Part shown: piece by piece, positions 28,405 through 40,852 of the stretch
Position numbering within the stretch: position 1 is the first letter of the stretch
Layout of the letters: the number at the start of each line of letters is the position of its first letter
NCBI RefSeq assembly: GCF_006345805.1
Contig: NC_043005.1
Coordinates: forward strand, 43,276,001-43,340,000
Direction of reading: 5' to 3'
Origin: Octopus sinensis
Taxonomy: Eukaryota
DNA length: 64,000 bases
Position numbers and translations under genes: made by a program
Notes under the pieces: generated by a model
Told to the model about the DNA's origin: nothing
Seen by the model: the letters and a program-made list of their open reading frames with translations, nothing else
Database searches by the model: none

Positions 28405-28830
28405 CGAGCTGGCAAGATTTTTTAGCACGCCAGGCAAAATGCTTAGTGGTATTTCATCCATCACCACGTTCTGAGTTCAAATTCTGCTGAGGTCAGCTTT
28501 GCCTTTCATCCTTTTGGGGTCAATAAATTAAGTACCTATTTCTTTATTACCCACAAGGGGCTAAACACAGAGGAGACAAACAAGGACAGACATAGGTATT
28601 AAGTCGATTACATTGACCCCAGTGCGTAACTGGTACTTAATTTATCGACCCCGAAAGAATGAAAGGCAAAGTCGACCTCGGCGGAATTTGAATTCACAAC
28701 GTAACGCAGACGAAATACCGCTAAGCATTTCGCCCGGCGTACTAACGTTTCTGCCAGTTGAGCACTGGGGTCGATGTGATCGACCGTCCCCCTCCCCTCA
28801 AAATCAGGTCGTGTGCCTATAATAGAAAGG
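28405..28830. mobile_element. SINE B (+) interrupted by a younger SINE B variant (-) at ~28535-28757
   Basis: The host breaks at TAAATTAAGTACC and resumes at AGTTGAGCACTGGGG. Confidence 0.8.
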
Positions 28831-30328
28831 ATTATTTCCATATTGCTGTCATCAATGAAAGGGGATTTTTATGTTCATGTATTTGTTCTGCAAGATTCCT
28901 GATGTGAAATCGTGTGTTTGAAACAGATATTGTTATATTTAGGGTTGATCATATTTTTTTACAAATTAACCACATGCACACTATATACGTGTTCTTCATT
29001 TTCTTGCTTTAGTGCCTTTCGTCACACATCATATGACCTCTTCAGTGACTCTGTTTAGAGAATGGACTTAACAGATCAGGAAGAGAGATGTAGGATGGAG
29101 AGTCACTGACAAGGTTCCAGGATGTGTGAGACGAAAGACTTGAGTAAAAGGACACTAAAATAAAAATAATAATAAAGTTGAAGTGAAGACCAAGTATATA
29201 GTGACTGTGGTTAATTGGCAAAAATATGACCACCCCCAAAAAGTTTAAATCCTACAAAGATCATTATTCCTTTCTGCAGTTCATGAATAATATACCAGTC
29301 GTGTACTAAGGTTGATATTAATTGATTAATATCATCATCATCATTACCATCATCAACATTTTAATGTCATCTTTTTCTAATGCTGGCATGTGTTAAATGA
29401 AAATTGTTGAGAAAAATTTTCTGTGGCTGGATACCCTTCCTGTTGCTAACCCTCACCCATTTCCAAGCAAGGTAATATTTCTACCGTAACTAGATATGTT
29501 TATGCGGAATGTTGCAGATGAATGACACTACTTGTATGACAATACATGCCAGTGACGTATGACGACATTTGTTAACAATAAGCATGCTTCGTCACAGGGG
29601 AAACACGAACTCACTAACTAACACACTCATGCACAGTACCACTCCTCCAAACCAACCAACATTCACAAACTCTACCCACACCCACGCCTTCAAATGCTCC
29701 GAATTCATTTGTAATCATGCATTAAACTAAAACCCTCCTTGTCAAACTTTGCCTCTCCCATGTTATTCATTTTATGTTTCTCTTTAATCTATCTATATAT
29801 ATATGTATATATCTGTGTGTGTGTGTGTGGAGACACGTGGCTAAGTGATCAGGGTGTTGCGCACATAATCTTAAGGTTGTAGTTCCAGTTACTGGGACCA
29901 AATAATACATGTTCTAGAGCAAATCTCTTAATTTCATATTGCTCCAGTTCACTCTGCTGGCAAAAATGAGTATTTTGCGACAGACCTGTTCAGTGGGGGG
30001 TAATAAACGGCACAAAATCTTGGGTTATGCTCTTATGAACCTATGGATCAAGGAGTTTTGATCCCTTTACATATATATATATTTGTAAGTGTACATGTGT
30101 GTCTTATGTCTGTGTTTCTCTCTCATCACTGCTTGACAACTGGTGTTGGTTTATTTACATCCCCATAACTTACTGGTTTGACAAGAAGAGACAAATAGAA
30201 TAAATACCAAGCTTATCAAAATAAAAAAAAAATAGCACTGGGGTCGATTCATTCAACAAAAAATTCTTCAAGGCAGTGTCTCATATTTTTTTTGCCCACT
30301 CAATTATATCTATCAATCTATCTTGTGA

Positions 30329-30376
<48 letters not shown>

Positions 30377-30456
30377 ATATGTATATATATATATATATAT
30401 GTATATATATAATACACAAACACACATATACATGTATGTATATGTGCACATGTATA

Positions 30457-30905
30457 TCTATTATATAAAAGTCAATGTCTTTATATGTGTTTGTGTATAT
30501 AATTTTTTTGACTCGAAAACTACTGCACCGATCCTAATGAAATTTGGAACACAAAATCCAAGCCTAGGGAGAAGGGTAATGCCATATGTTGTATACAATT
30601 TCATAGACCAAAATTGCTTAATGGATCCTTATGATATTTAGAACTTAGATTCAATGCATAAGGGTGGGTATAATGCAGTAAGTTTGGTTTCAGTTTGAGG
30701 TGGCTTAAAGGGAAAAGACACCCCCCTCCTTTGAAAATTCATAAACTTCCCATGTTGATGAATTTTCAACCATAGGTAATTGACACGCATTAAGAAGTAT
30801 TCCCAAAGTTTCTGCTTCTCATGAGGGTTCTAACACCCTCTAATGGGGGCCTTAAGTCCCAAATTTTAGTCATATTTTTTTATCTAAAAGTAGGTCAAAA
30901 GTACT
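30457..30905 (+). mobile_element. Probable Helitron-like 5' fragment of a different family
   Basis: A|TCTATTATATAAAAG start and ACCGATCCTAATGAAATTTGG motif, similar to ACCGATTCTGATGAAACTTG in the other Helitrons. No 3' hairpin/CTAG end was found. Confidence 0.45.
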
Positions 30906-31087
30906 GAATAGAGCAGTAGGGTGGGACTGAAACCGAAATTACATGACTGTAAGGCAAACCTAACCATACAGCCACTTCTTGCACCTATGCCATTGTGTGT
31001 ATGAGTCATTTCTGCTAATGTGAAACTATAACAATTTTATTGAGTTCTCTTTAGCCTGTTCTTTCCTACCAAAACTCTCTGTATATA

Positions 31088-31485
31088 TTTGTACACATGG
31101 CTGTGGGGTAAGAAGCTTGCTCCCCAACCACATGGTTCTGGGTTCAGTCTCACTGCATGACATCTTGGGTAGGTGTCTTCTGCTATAGCCTTGGGCCAAC
31201 CAAAGCCTTATGAATGGATTTGGTAGACTGAAACTGAAAGAAACCTATCGTGTGTGTGTTTTGTATCTGTGTTTCTCCCCACTACCAACATTTGACAACT
31301 GGTGTTGGTGTGTTTACATCCTTGTAACTTAGCAGTTCAGTCAAAAAGACCAATGGAATGAGTACCTGGCTCGGAAAAAAATATATATTCTGGGGTTGAT
31401 TTATTCAACTAAAAATACTTCTAGGCTGTATTCCAGCATGGCTGTGTATAAATATATAATGACCGAAACAAGTAAAAGATAAAAA
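31088..31485 (+). mobile_element. SINE A
   Basis: Colinear with other copies. Confidence 0.85.
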
Positions 31486-32023
31486 AATATACATATTCAG
31501 TAAATGGCTGTCTTGCAGCCATGCTTATATTTCTTGTATGAATTGCATAAAGGAAAATACAGTCTATTGTCCCTAGCTTTGATAGTTAAAATTTATGATT
31601 ACTATGTATGATGGTTTAGTGATCTTCCATATAATGTACCAAATGTGTAACAAAACATGACCTATTGTTGTTCAACTGATTGCTCTATGTTTCTTTAGAC
31701 AAAAAAAAATTAAAAAATAATAAAAAGATGGAGTTGTGATATTTGTCAACTTAAATAGTTCCCTGGCCTTTTTTTTTTTTTGCTTTTTATTTATATGTTG
31801 TCCAGTTAAATACAACTGTAGTTTTGTTTGTTACCTGTTTGTAGATATGAATTGAGCAAAACAAATATTCTTATCTAAGAAATCTGCAACTCATATAAAT
31901 CATACAAATATAGCGGCAATCTTTTATATTGATTTCTATAAGAAACTGAAAAATTTGTTGTTAGAATACACATACACACCTCTTTTCTGTTCCCTGGCTA
32001 TATATGTATATATGTGTATATAT

Positions 32024-32897
32024 CATCATCATCATCATCGTTTAACGTCCGTTCTCCATGCTAGCATGGGTTGGACAGTTCAACTGGGGATCTGGGAAGC
32101 CAGAAGGCTGCACCAGGCTCCGGTCTTATCTGGCAATGTTTCTACAGCTGGATGCCCTTCCTAATGCCAACCACTCCGTGAGTGTAGTGGGTGCTTTTTA
32201 CGTGCCACCTGCACTGGTGCCAGGCGAGGCTGGCATCGGCCACGGTCGGATTGGTGCATTTTACGTGCCACCGGCACAGAAGCCAGTTGAGGCGGCACTG
32301 GCTTCGGCCACAATTCGGATGGTGCTTTTTACGTGCCACCGACACGGAAGCCAGTCGAGGCGGCGCTGGCATCGGCCACGATTCGGATAGTGCTTTTTAC
32401 GTATCTCCAGTCCAGGGGTCCTGGCATCCGCTGGGTGCCAGTCATAGGATTGGTTCAATTTCGATTCCGATTTCGATTTCACTTGCCCCAACAGGTCTTC
32501 GCAAGCAAAGGTGGGGTTGGCATAGGTGCCTGTCGTAGGATGAGGTTCGATATCGACTTTGCTTGCCTCAACAGGTCTTTGTGTGTCCAAGGGAGGAAAG
32601 GCATGCATAAGTGGGCTGGACTCACTTGTCCTGCCTGGTCTTCTCACGCACAGCATATTTCCAAAGGTCTCGGTCGCTGGTCATTTCCTCAGTGAGACCT
32701 AAAGTTCGAAGGTCGTGCTTCACCACCTCGTCCCAGGTTTTCCTGGGTCTACCTCTTCCACAGGTTCCCTCAACTGCTAGGGATTGGCACTTTTTCACAC
32801 ACCTATCTTCATCCATTCTCGCCACATGACCATACCAGCGCAATCGTCTCTCTTGCACACCACAACTGATGCTTCTTAGGTCCAACATTTCTCTCAG
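32024..32897 (-). mobile_element. 5'-truncated RTE-clade LINE: ORF C-terminus, 3' UTR and (GAT)n tail
   Basis: ORF 32622-32888 reads RRLRWYGHVARMDEDRCVKK...GRGRPRKTWDEVVKHDL...DRDLW. The 3' end has GGAAGGGCATCCAGCTGTAG and a GAT-repeat tail. CpGs are retained, so the copy is young. Confidence 0.92.
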
Positions 32898-33271
32898 GGT
32901 ATATAACTAAATATATATATGCACATACATATATAACATATATACATACACACACATATATATATATCCATGCCATTATCATCATCATCATCATCATTTA
33001 GCATCCATTTTCCACACTGGTTTGGGCTGGATGGTTTGACAAAGAGCTGGCAAGCTGGAGACCTACATCAGGCTGCATTTGTTTGTTTTGGCATGGTCTC
33101 TATAGCTGGATTCCCTTACTAATGCCAACCAATTTACAGAGTGTACTGGGTGCTTTTTACGTGGCAGAAGTATAGGTTTTTTTTTTCGTGACACCCACAC
33201 ATACATTCATTCAAAAGCTGAGAGTTTTGTGTTGATTCTTATCAAACTGGTATCAAATCAAGGGGACTTAC

Positions 33272-33310
33272 AGTTATACACCGGTGATAATGGTATTTCT
33301 GTGGATTGTT
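33272..33310 (-). CDS. Candidate 39-nt symmetric exon
   Basis: ttgcttttataatctgttctag|...|GTAAGT. The phase-1 frame reads (E)QSTEIPLSPVYN. Confidence 0.3.
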
Positions 33311-33622
33311 CTAGAACAGATTATAAAAGCAATTACAATGTCACATGGGTAATGCACATTTTTCAAATGGTTTGCCCACTATGCTGTTCAATAAATAAAT
33401 AAACTAATAAGGAAAATTTAAAGATATGTATGCATATATATATATGAGAACACTGGTGAATATAAAAATGGTATGCAGCTGAATACACACATATGCATAC
33501 AAATATATATATTCACACACACACACATAGACATAAATATATAACATATAGAAGGAAGTGTATACATCCATAGGTGCATAACTGTGCATAAATATATACA
33601 TAAACATACACTCACACACATA

Positions 33623-33660
<38 letters not shown>

Positions 33661-33806
33661 GTACTGTTCCATGATGGAAAAAATCAACAAAAAAAAAAGA
33701 ATTCCATCTGGTGAGTGATAAATATTATCTAATAGACCCAATACATGTTTTTATATGCTACTAATAGTTTCATATGCTTAGAAATACCTCAAACATATTC
33801 ATACAC

Positions 33807-33940
33807 CTATAATATAATATGTGACAATTATTCGGTTGCCATAATAAAACTCCAAGTTTCGAATGTCGGGACAGAAAATCTGCTCTGGCATCTCATCAGT
33901 TATTAAGACAATCAAAAATTTGTCGCATATTATATTATAG
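33807..33940 (-). ncRNA. Type I hammerhead ribozyme motif (family 2), catalytic core intact
   Basis: Minus strand reads AATAA-CTGATGA-(long stem II GATGCCAGAGCAG/CTGTCCCGACATTC)-GAAA-CTTGGAGT-T-TTATT. Stem I extends through gattgtct/atggcaac to outer arms ctataatata...gacaa. Cleavage triplet is GUU. Confidence 0.8.
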
Positions 33941-34296
33941 ATAAATTTCTTTATTTACATAATATCAAGGTCTCATTCATTCCTTTGTTGTCATTTCATT
34001 ACTATTAATATGCATATTATTTCACATGAAACTCTCTGCCCTTAAATCACTCTGTAACTTCCACCAATTATTAATAAAGAAATGTGTATTTACTCATGTT
34101 TTGAGTTCTGTTTTCCTGTTTGTACAAACCATATGCATATACATTCATGTATAAATATATATTTATATACAAACACACACACATATATATATGTGTATGC
34201 ATGTAGGTATTTATGTATGTATGTAATATATATATATATATACTTTATTTAAAGCAGCAGAAAATTCAACAAAACCTATATATATATATATATATA

Positions 34297-35012
34297 TGCT
34301 ATTTCTAATGAGTTCAGTATGCGGCAAAGTAATTTATTTTACTAAGCCCTTTTATATAATGTAATAATTTGAATTCGCCTTAAATGGTCCCTTTGCATAC
34401 TGAATACTTGGTGAAATTGATTAATTAATTAATTTTACCCTCAATTGTTGAAATTATAATTCATCTCTCTCTATATAATGCCTCGGATTTTACCGAAAAA
34501 AGCATAGTGTTTGCTGATTTTAACCCACGCTGGTGGAAAGGGGAGAGCAGAAATTCTTCGCTTGCATTTTTGAGTTTGCTGGCACTGTTAGTTTCGAGCA
34601 GATCTTCAGAAGCGATAAGAAGCCGAAAGGGTATGCTCCCACTTTCAGTGTTTTCAAATCCAAACCAGGGAGTTCTGAGCTGATGATAGAAATGTCGAGT
34701 TTGACTAATCTTGAAACGTACGTTCTCAAATAACCTTTGCATTTGATTTTTTAATGTCTCTACCCCCATACTTTCGTGAGTTGAATTGAGCAAACACTAT
34801 ATGAGAGAGGTTTTCTTTAAGTATTAGAAATAGTTTTAAAAAAGTTTTTTTAGCTGCTATTTCTAATGAGTTCAGTATGCGGCAAAGTAATTTATTTTAC
34901 TAAGCCCTTTTATATAATGTAATAATTTGAATTCGCCTTAAATGGTCCCTTTGCATACTGAATACTTGGTGAAATTGATTAATTAATTAATTAATTTTAC
35001 CCTCAATTGTTG

Positions 35013-35016
<4 letters not shown>
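34297..35016. repeat. Near-identical ~160-bp direct repeats (34297-34454, 34855-35016) flanking a ~400-bp unique core
   Basis: The repeats are identical apart from one extra AATT unit. There are (TA)n tracts outside both ends. Confidence 0.9.
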
Positions 35017-35052
<36 letters not shown>

Positions 35053-35697
35053 ATATGTATGAATATATGTATGTGTGTATATATATATATACATGCATGT
35101 GTATGTGTGTATGTATAGCACATTTTACTTTGTGCATGGCTATTAGCCTCAGTTGAAAGTCAATTCTGTAGGAAATTCAAATTTCCTTTGCAAAGTGGTT
35201 TGTTAAATGCAAAGCTTATAAGAGATTAAAAATATGGTAAAGTATCACTGCACTTGTTGACCTTTATACCCAGACCAATGTTATGGATTGACCCATTTCT
35301 AGAATCCTTGTTCTAATCGTGCTGTTGCCAAGCTAGATATTGATCCTGGATGAAATTCTGGTCCTAGCTTAGGCAGGGTTTAATCTTTAATAATTATATG
35401 TGAAAGATTTGCCAATTCTTTACAATAGGCTTCACATCTGCTGTAATTCTATCTACTTTGTCCTTTTGCCCTTTCATGATATTTTCTGGCAAGAAATCAC
35501 CAATAATCTTTTGTGGTTTCATATTCAAATTTAAAATTTCTTTCTGTCTGTAATAGTAATTACAGTACTGTTTTTCTGAAAATTTAATTATCAGTTTTGA
35601 TTAAGATTTCTAAATTAAGGTTTTTTTTTTTTTTTTTTTTTTTCATCATCCTGTTAGATATTAAATATTACAGAAACTGTATGCTGTGATGTGGGAT

Positions 35698-36097
35698 ACT
35701 CTTTTACTTGTTTCAGTCATTTTGACTGCGGCCATGCTGGAGCACCGCCTTTAGTCGAGCAACTCGACCCCGGGACTTATTCTTTGTAAGCCCAGTACTT
35801 ATTCTATCGGTCTCTTTTGCCGAACCGCTAAGTGACGGGGGACATAAACACACCAGCATCGGTTGTCAAGCAATGCTAGGGGGACAAACACAGACACACA
35901 AACATACACGCACATATATATATATATACATATATACGACGGGCTTCTTTCAGTTTCTGTCTACCAAATCCACTCACAAGGCTTTGGTCGGCCCGAGGTT
36001 ATAGTAGAAGACACTTGCCCAAGGTGCCACGCAGTGGGACTGAACCCGGAACCATGTGGCTGGTAAACAAGCTACTTACCACATAGCCACTCCTGCG
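35698..36097 (-). mobile_element. SINE A, young, with a target-site duplication
   Basis: GTGGGAT at 35691-97 and 36100-06 flanks the copy. Confidence 0.92.
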
Positions 36098-36582
36098 GAG
36101 TGGGATTTTTTTTTTAAATGTAGCTGTCTATATATTCATTTTCTTTGTATATTGTTAAGTTTGCCATTTTTGAGAGAAAAATATTCATATTGGATTATAT
36201 GGAAGTAGTCTCGTTCAAGTAGATCATGAATATCAAATATAAATTCCACTGCAAGTGTTATATTTGGGTCAGAGTGGGGTGTGATGTAAATTTTTGCAAT
36301 AATATATTAACATTGACATAAACAGACCAAATGTTAACTGTCTATTGTGTGTATATGTCTTTATTTTTCTTCTTTTTTTTTTTACTCTTTATCTAAATTG
36401 TTGAACATTTACACACTTAGTTCTACTACTTGAAAGCATTTAATCAAGAGAGACTTTTGTTGCTTAATTGATATTTTAACTGAAAGCTACTCAAATTATT
36501 ATTGCTAATAATGTTAATGATGCTGTTGCTACTCCTGCTTCTACTACTACTACTGCTACCAATAATAATAATAATAATAATA

Positions 36583-37055
36583 GTCTTGGTATAAAAGATG
36601 GGCTACAGCAAATATTCTGCTCAATACCACAGATTTGTTTGTCAGTTGTTTGACCTTAACCAGTTGAGCATGTCCCTTAGTGGCTGAAAATATGTGCATC
36701 TCTGATCACAAGCAGAAGTAGTAGGGGAGCATCATAGCCATGTGTTGAGAGGGATTCTTTGGGGTTTGGATAATTCACCTCTCGAAACATGGGTGTTTCG
36801 TTCAACATCCTTAAACAACCCTTATTCAGGGACCTTTTGAGCGGGATGGGCTACTCAACCTGAAGAAAATTCTAACTGGGCCCCACCTGCAAGGTCATGT
36901 GCTGTTTATCTTGATATGAGATCACCATGTCGCGCACATGGTTGTGATGCATGTGCCTGGTGTACCTTTATCAGACGGGTAGTTATGATGGGTATATTGG
37001 GCTTCGTATATTTTACCCCAGTGTCACTTTGATGGCATGAACTGCTCTCTCACTC
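36583..37055 (+). mobile_element. 5'-truncated non-LTR retroelement 3' end inserted in (AAT)n; R4/Dong-like by inference
   Basis: Flanked by (AAT)n on both sides. It shares its 3' end ...CTCTCTCACTC(AAT)n with the shorter copy at 10167-10324. Confidence 0.6.
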
Positions 37056-37263
37056 AATAATAATAATAATAATAATAATAATAATTGTAATTGTGATATT
37101 GAAAGTTTAATTCTGTCATCATTCATTACCAATGATGATCTGGCTAGATTAATAGACCTTGAAAGCCAATAAAACTTAGGTACCATCAGTCCCTGTAGCA
37201 CGTCCTGATGTAACCGCCTAAGTTTTCTTTCCAAATGTTTTCAGCTTAAACTTTATTGTAAAA

Positions 37264-37650
37264 CTAGCAGTATCGCCCGGCGTTGCTCGGGTTTGTAAGG
37301 GAAATAACTATAAAGCATTTTTAGAGAGTTATAGCCAAAAAATAGCAAAAAAATGGGGGAAAAAATGATGGTAAATTTTTTTTTTGATAGTTAAAAAGGT
37401 CGAGTTGCGTCCCCTAGACCATCTGTGGTTTGTGTTTCTGATTGTCGACCCCATGTCGAATTTATCGATCTTTTTCAGAACTGGGGGAACTTTTCAAAAT
37501 TTTCGCTGCGTTAGTTTTGAATTATGACATTGGGCTATGTGTGTGTCAAGTTTCATCAGAATCGGTTGAAAGCCGTGGTCAAGGTGAGGGTACAACCAAA
37601 CAGATACACAGAAACACACACAGACAAACTGCCGTTTATATAGAGAGAGA
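37264..37650 (-). mobile_element. Non-autonomous Helitron, same family as 62665-63031
   Basis: Minus strand has an A|TCTCTCTCTATATAAACGGCAG start and a CCCGAGCAACGCCGGG hairpin followed by CTAG|T at the end. Confidence 0.8.
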
Positions 37651-37835
37651 TAATTCTTTTCGTTTCTTTCTTCCTTTGTATTTTTTTTAAATTAGTTCTC
37701 AAAGTATATATAAAGTTTATAAACAATAACAAGTAAAAAATTTGGTTGAAAAACCTGTTTTGGTTACAAAAAAAATTGAAGGCTGCCCATGGGTCAGAGT
37801 GTGATACAAACAGTGTAAATTTTAAAAATAATTTA

Positions 37836-38063
37836 TTAACCCTCTTGATTCCAACCTGCCTGAAATTTGCCATTATTCTGATAGAAATTTCCTACTTTAA
37901 AGTGACCTAAATTAAATCCTGCCTCCAAAATTTCACATATTTTTATGTTCCAAACTCCAGCTTAATACTGACAAAGTTATTTTTATAAATTTGTTGTTAT
38001 TTTCAAAATTAATTGAAACAAACCAGTGCAGTTCAACCAAAATATTGACAATGAAAGGGTTAA
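37836..38063. mobile_element. piggyBac-type MITE family G
   Basis: TTAACCCTCTTG...ATGAAAGGGTTAA with TTAA at both ends. Confidence 0.7.
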
Positions 38064-38974
38064 CATGACCTAAACAATCCAAATGTTAACTGCTTGCTGT
38101 TTGTATTTGGTTTGCAAGATTCTTGATGTGAACTTGTGTGATGTATGTTGGGAGAGTCATTATGCTAATTCTAAATACATGCACTGGTTCTATTTCAATT
38201 TTTTTTATTATTGTTAGTCAATTGATGTCCTTCCTGCCTTTAACCTTCACCTGTTTTGCAAATGAAGGAAGGATTTTTTTTCTTTAAGACTTCAAAGCTA
38301 CAAAGCCAGTGGATGATTTGTTTATGAGAAAATTGTCAAAAACACCACCACCCATAAATTGCAACTTTCAAAACTAGCAAGTTGTAAACACGCATGCACA
38401 CGCGCGCGCACACACACAATTTGAAATCTGAAATTTTTAGCACATGTAGACACATGGACAAGTTTCTTTTATTGAATTGGCAGGCACCACCTGTTCCGGA
38501 TTCAGTTGCTGTTTCGCAGATTTCGACATATTTTCTTTTATTTTGTTTAATGAGCTTTCTGCAGTCAGGGAAGATTAGGATCTTAGTTTTCTTAATTTTG
38601 TTTATATTTTCTCGTTCCATTTTTTGCACCAACCTTCTTCATATTTTTTTATTTTCTTATTGTGTAGCATCCCTGTTTTTAAAAGTTATATATAACACAT
38701 AAACAGAGCCTGGAAAGATTGCTTTACGATACATGGTGTATTTTATAAATATGCCAGTTCAAGTATCATAATAGCATGAAACTATTAGTAGCTCTTTTGG
38801 TTGTGTATTTAAATAGACGTGTCTGTGTGTGTGCGTGCGGGTATATATGTATATAGAAACTAATTGAACATCATGCCTGTTTGTATGTATGCATGTATGA
38901 TTGATTTTGTTTGTGAATGCTCATACCTTGACATCATGTGTTGTTTGTAAATGTGTATCAACATGATGTCAATT

Positions 38975-39130
38975 TCCAACCCTCTGGCCATAGAGAAATA
39001 TTACCTTGTTTGGAAACAGGTGAGGTTTGGCAACAGGAAGTGCACCTGGATGGATAAAACCATCTGTCCCAACGAATCCCATCTGGCCCAAACTATCATG
39101 GGAATGTGGACATATAATGATGATGATGGT
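38975..39130 (+). mobile_element. RTE-tail SINE-like variant D2
   Basis: ACCTTGTTTGGAAACAGGTGAGG...(GAT)n. Further copies at ~15635-15830, 29335-29570 and 60825-61035. Confidence 0.65.
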
Positions 39131-39654
39131 GGTGGTGGTGGAGGTGATGGTGGTGGTCATGATGATGATGATGGCATGATGATGATGATGATGATGATGG
39201 TGGCAGTGGTGGTGATGATGATGATAATTGTTTCTTCATTAAGAATCTTCATAAATAACTTGGTTTTCAAAAGCTGAATTTATTCATTTATTTGTGATCG
39301 TTAATAATTTAACCTGCTTAAATAATAATTTATTAATAATAATAATAATTTAACCTGTTTATTAGGATTTTTAAAACTTGATTGCTCAGCAGAATTCTTG
39401 AAATGGCGACAGACCTCGCGTTAAAATTCAGCCAAACTAAAATGGAGTTGGTCTGTCAGAATAAAGATAGGCAGTTAGTATCAAATGAAGTTGTTTACAA
39501 ATTTTTTTTTGCTTACTGATTGCTCTATTTCAGATGTTTTATGTACTCTTCACTGTTCTCAAGGCTGAAGCTCAGCAAAGCATTGCCCTTTTGAGAAGAA
39601 AAGACAGCAGTATAGCTTGTTTAGAACTAATGAAGTACTGCAAATTTTAGAATA

Positions 39655-40033
39655 CTCTCTCTTTTACTTGTTTCAGTCATTTGACTGTTGCTATGCTGGA
39701 GAACTGCCTTTTAGTCGAGCAAATCGATCCCAGGACTTATTCTTTGTGAGCTTCGTACTTATTCTGTCGGTCTCTTTTGCCTAACTGCTATGTTACGGGG
39801 GACATAAAACATACCAGCATCAGTTGTCAAGCGATGTTGGGGGACAAAGACAGACACACATACATATTTACGACAGGCTTCTTTCAGTTTCTGTCTACCA
39901 AATCCACTCACAAGGCTTTGGTCGGCCTGAGGTTTATAGTAGAAGAACTTGCCTGAGGTGCCACGCAGTGGGACTGAACCCAGAACCATGTGGTTTGTAA
40001 GCAAGCTACTTACCACACAGCCACTCCCACGCC
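39655..40033 (-). mobile_element. SINE A
   Basis: Full-length reverse-complement match. Confidence 0.9.
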
Positions 40034-40682
40034 TACTCTGATGAAGATCAATGTGAATTTGGTCAAACAGATCAAGGGGTTGGCTTGAAATCAGAGGAAA
40101 TATTTCAAGTGGAAAGTGATAATGGTGTGCCCCATTCAGCAGTCTGTGGTGGTGATACAGTATTGGGATTAGAATGGCAAATTTCCAATTCCAGAAAATA
40201 TTCTAAATATTTAGGTGTTTCTGTTTAGTAGTTTTCCAGTGAATTTCTTTTCTATTTGAGATGTGTGTGTGTGTGTTTATGTGTTCTTGATATGAAGTGG
40301 GGAGGCACAGGTGCAGGCACGAGTTATCTCCCCATACTCAGTTGATAGACTCAAATAACAAATCTAGTTTCAATTGTCACACTCTGCAAGTATTCTTATC
40401 ATTTTTTCTTTTTTTAAGAATATCTCTTATTCCAGTATTTCAAATATCAGATATCTACTCAAAGATTCCTTGACAATCTATCTTTAACATATATTTCATG
40501 CTGCAGGATGCCTGTCTCATTTTATTCTAGTATCCTCTTATAATGTATCGTTTCTCTTTGTAGAACAGCCTTAAGGCCTTTCTCTGTGCAGTGCTTAGGT
40601 TTCCATGGTAACATTCACCTGATCCTTTCATTTTCTTTTGTTAATGATGCCCATTAAATATTAACCTTCTCTGGAGTGTTAC

Positions 40683-40852
40683 CCACATCATCATCATCGT
40701 CCTGAACAACCTGTGCATTTGTGATTTGGTCTTTACTTAAGAACCTTTTGAGTATATTCTTACTTTGTTCAGTTAATGTGCAGAAATGTTTATTTGAATA
40801 TGAATCGCAACAAAGAAATTTTAGTTTCAAAACACGATATTTCATCTCAACA
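40683..40852 (-). CDS. Candidate coding exon of an unidentified gene
   Basis: Strong acceptor (T-rich tract, ttctttag). Open frame VEMKYRVLKLKFLCCDSY...VVQDDDDDV. Donor GG|GTAACA, or AAG|GTTAAT at 40666. No homology recognised. Confidence 0.3.

Noticed and set aside
32190-32403. CRISPR-like pattern of 20-nt repeats with 43-48-nt gaps
   Set aside because: The gaps are homologous to each other, the array sits in a LINE 3' UTR, the DNA is eukaryotic, and there are no cas genes.
38388-38530. CpG-retaining (CG)n/(CA)n run with E-box and ETS-like motifs
   Set aside because: Possibly regulatory, but there is no independent evidence.
39392-39660. Short ORFs MATDLALKFS... and MFYVLFTVLK... with good start context; AAATGGCG YY1-like motifs (also 19425, 56777)
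   Set aside because: Splicing them gives a stop, no homology is recognised, and short motifs are expected by chance.
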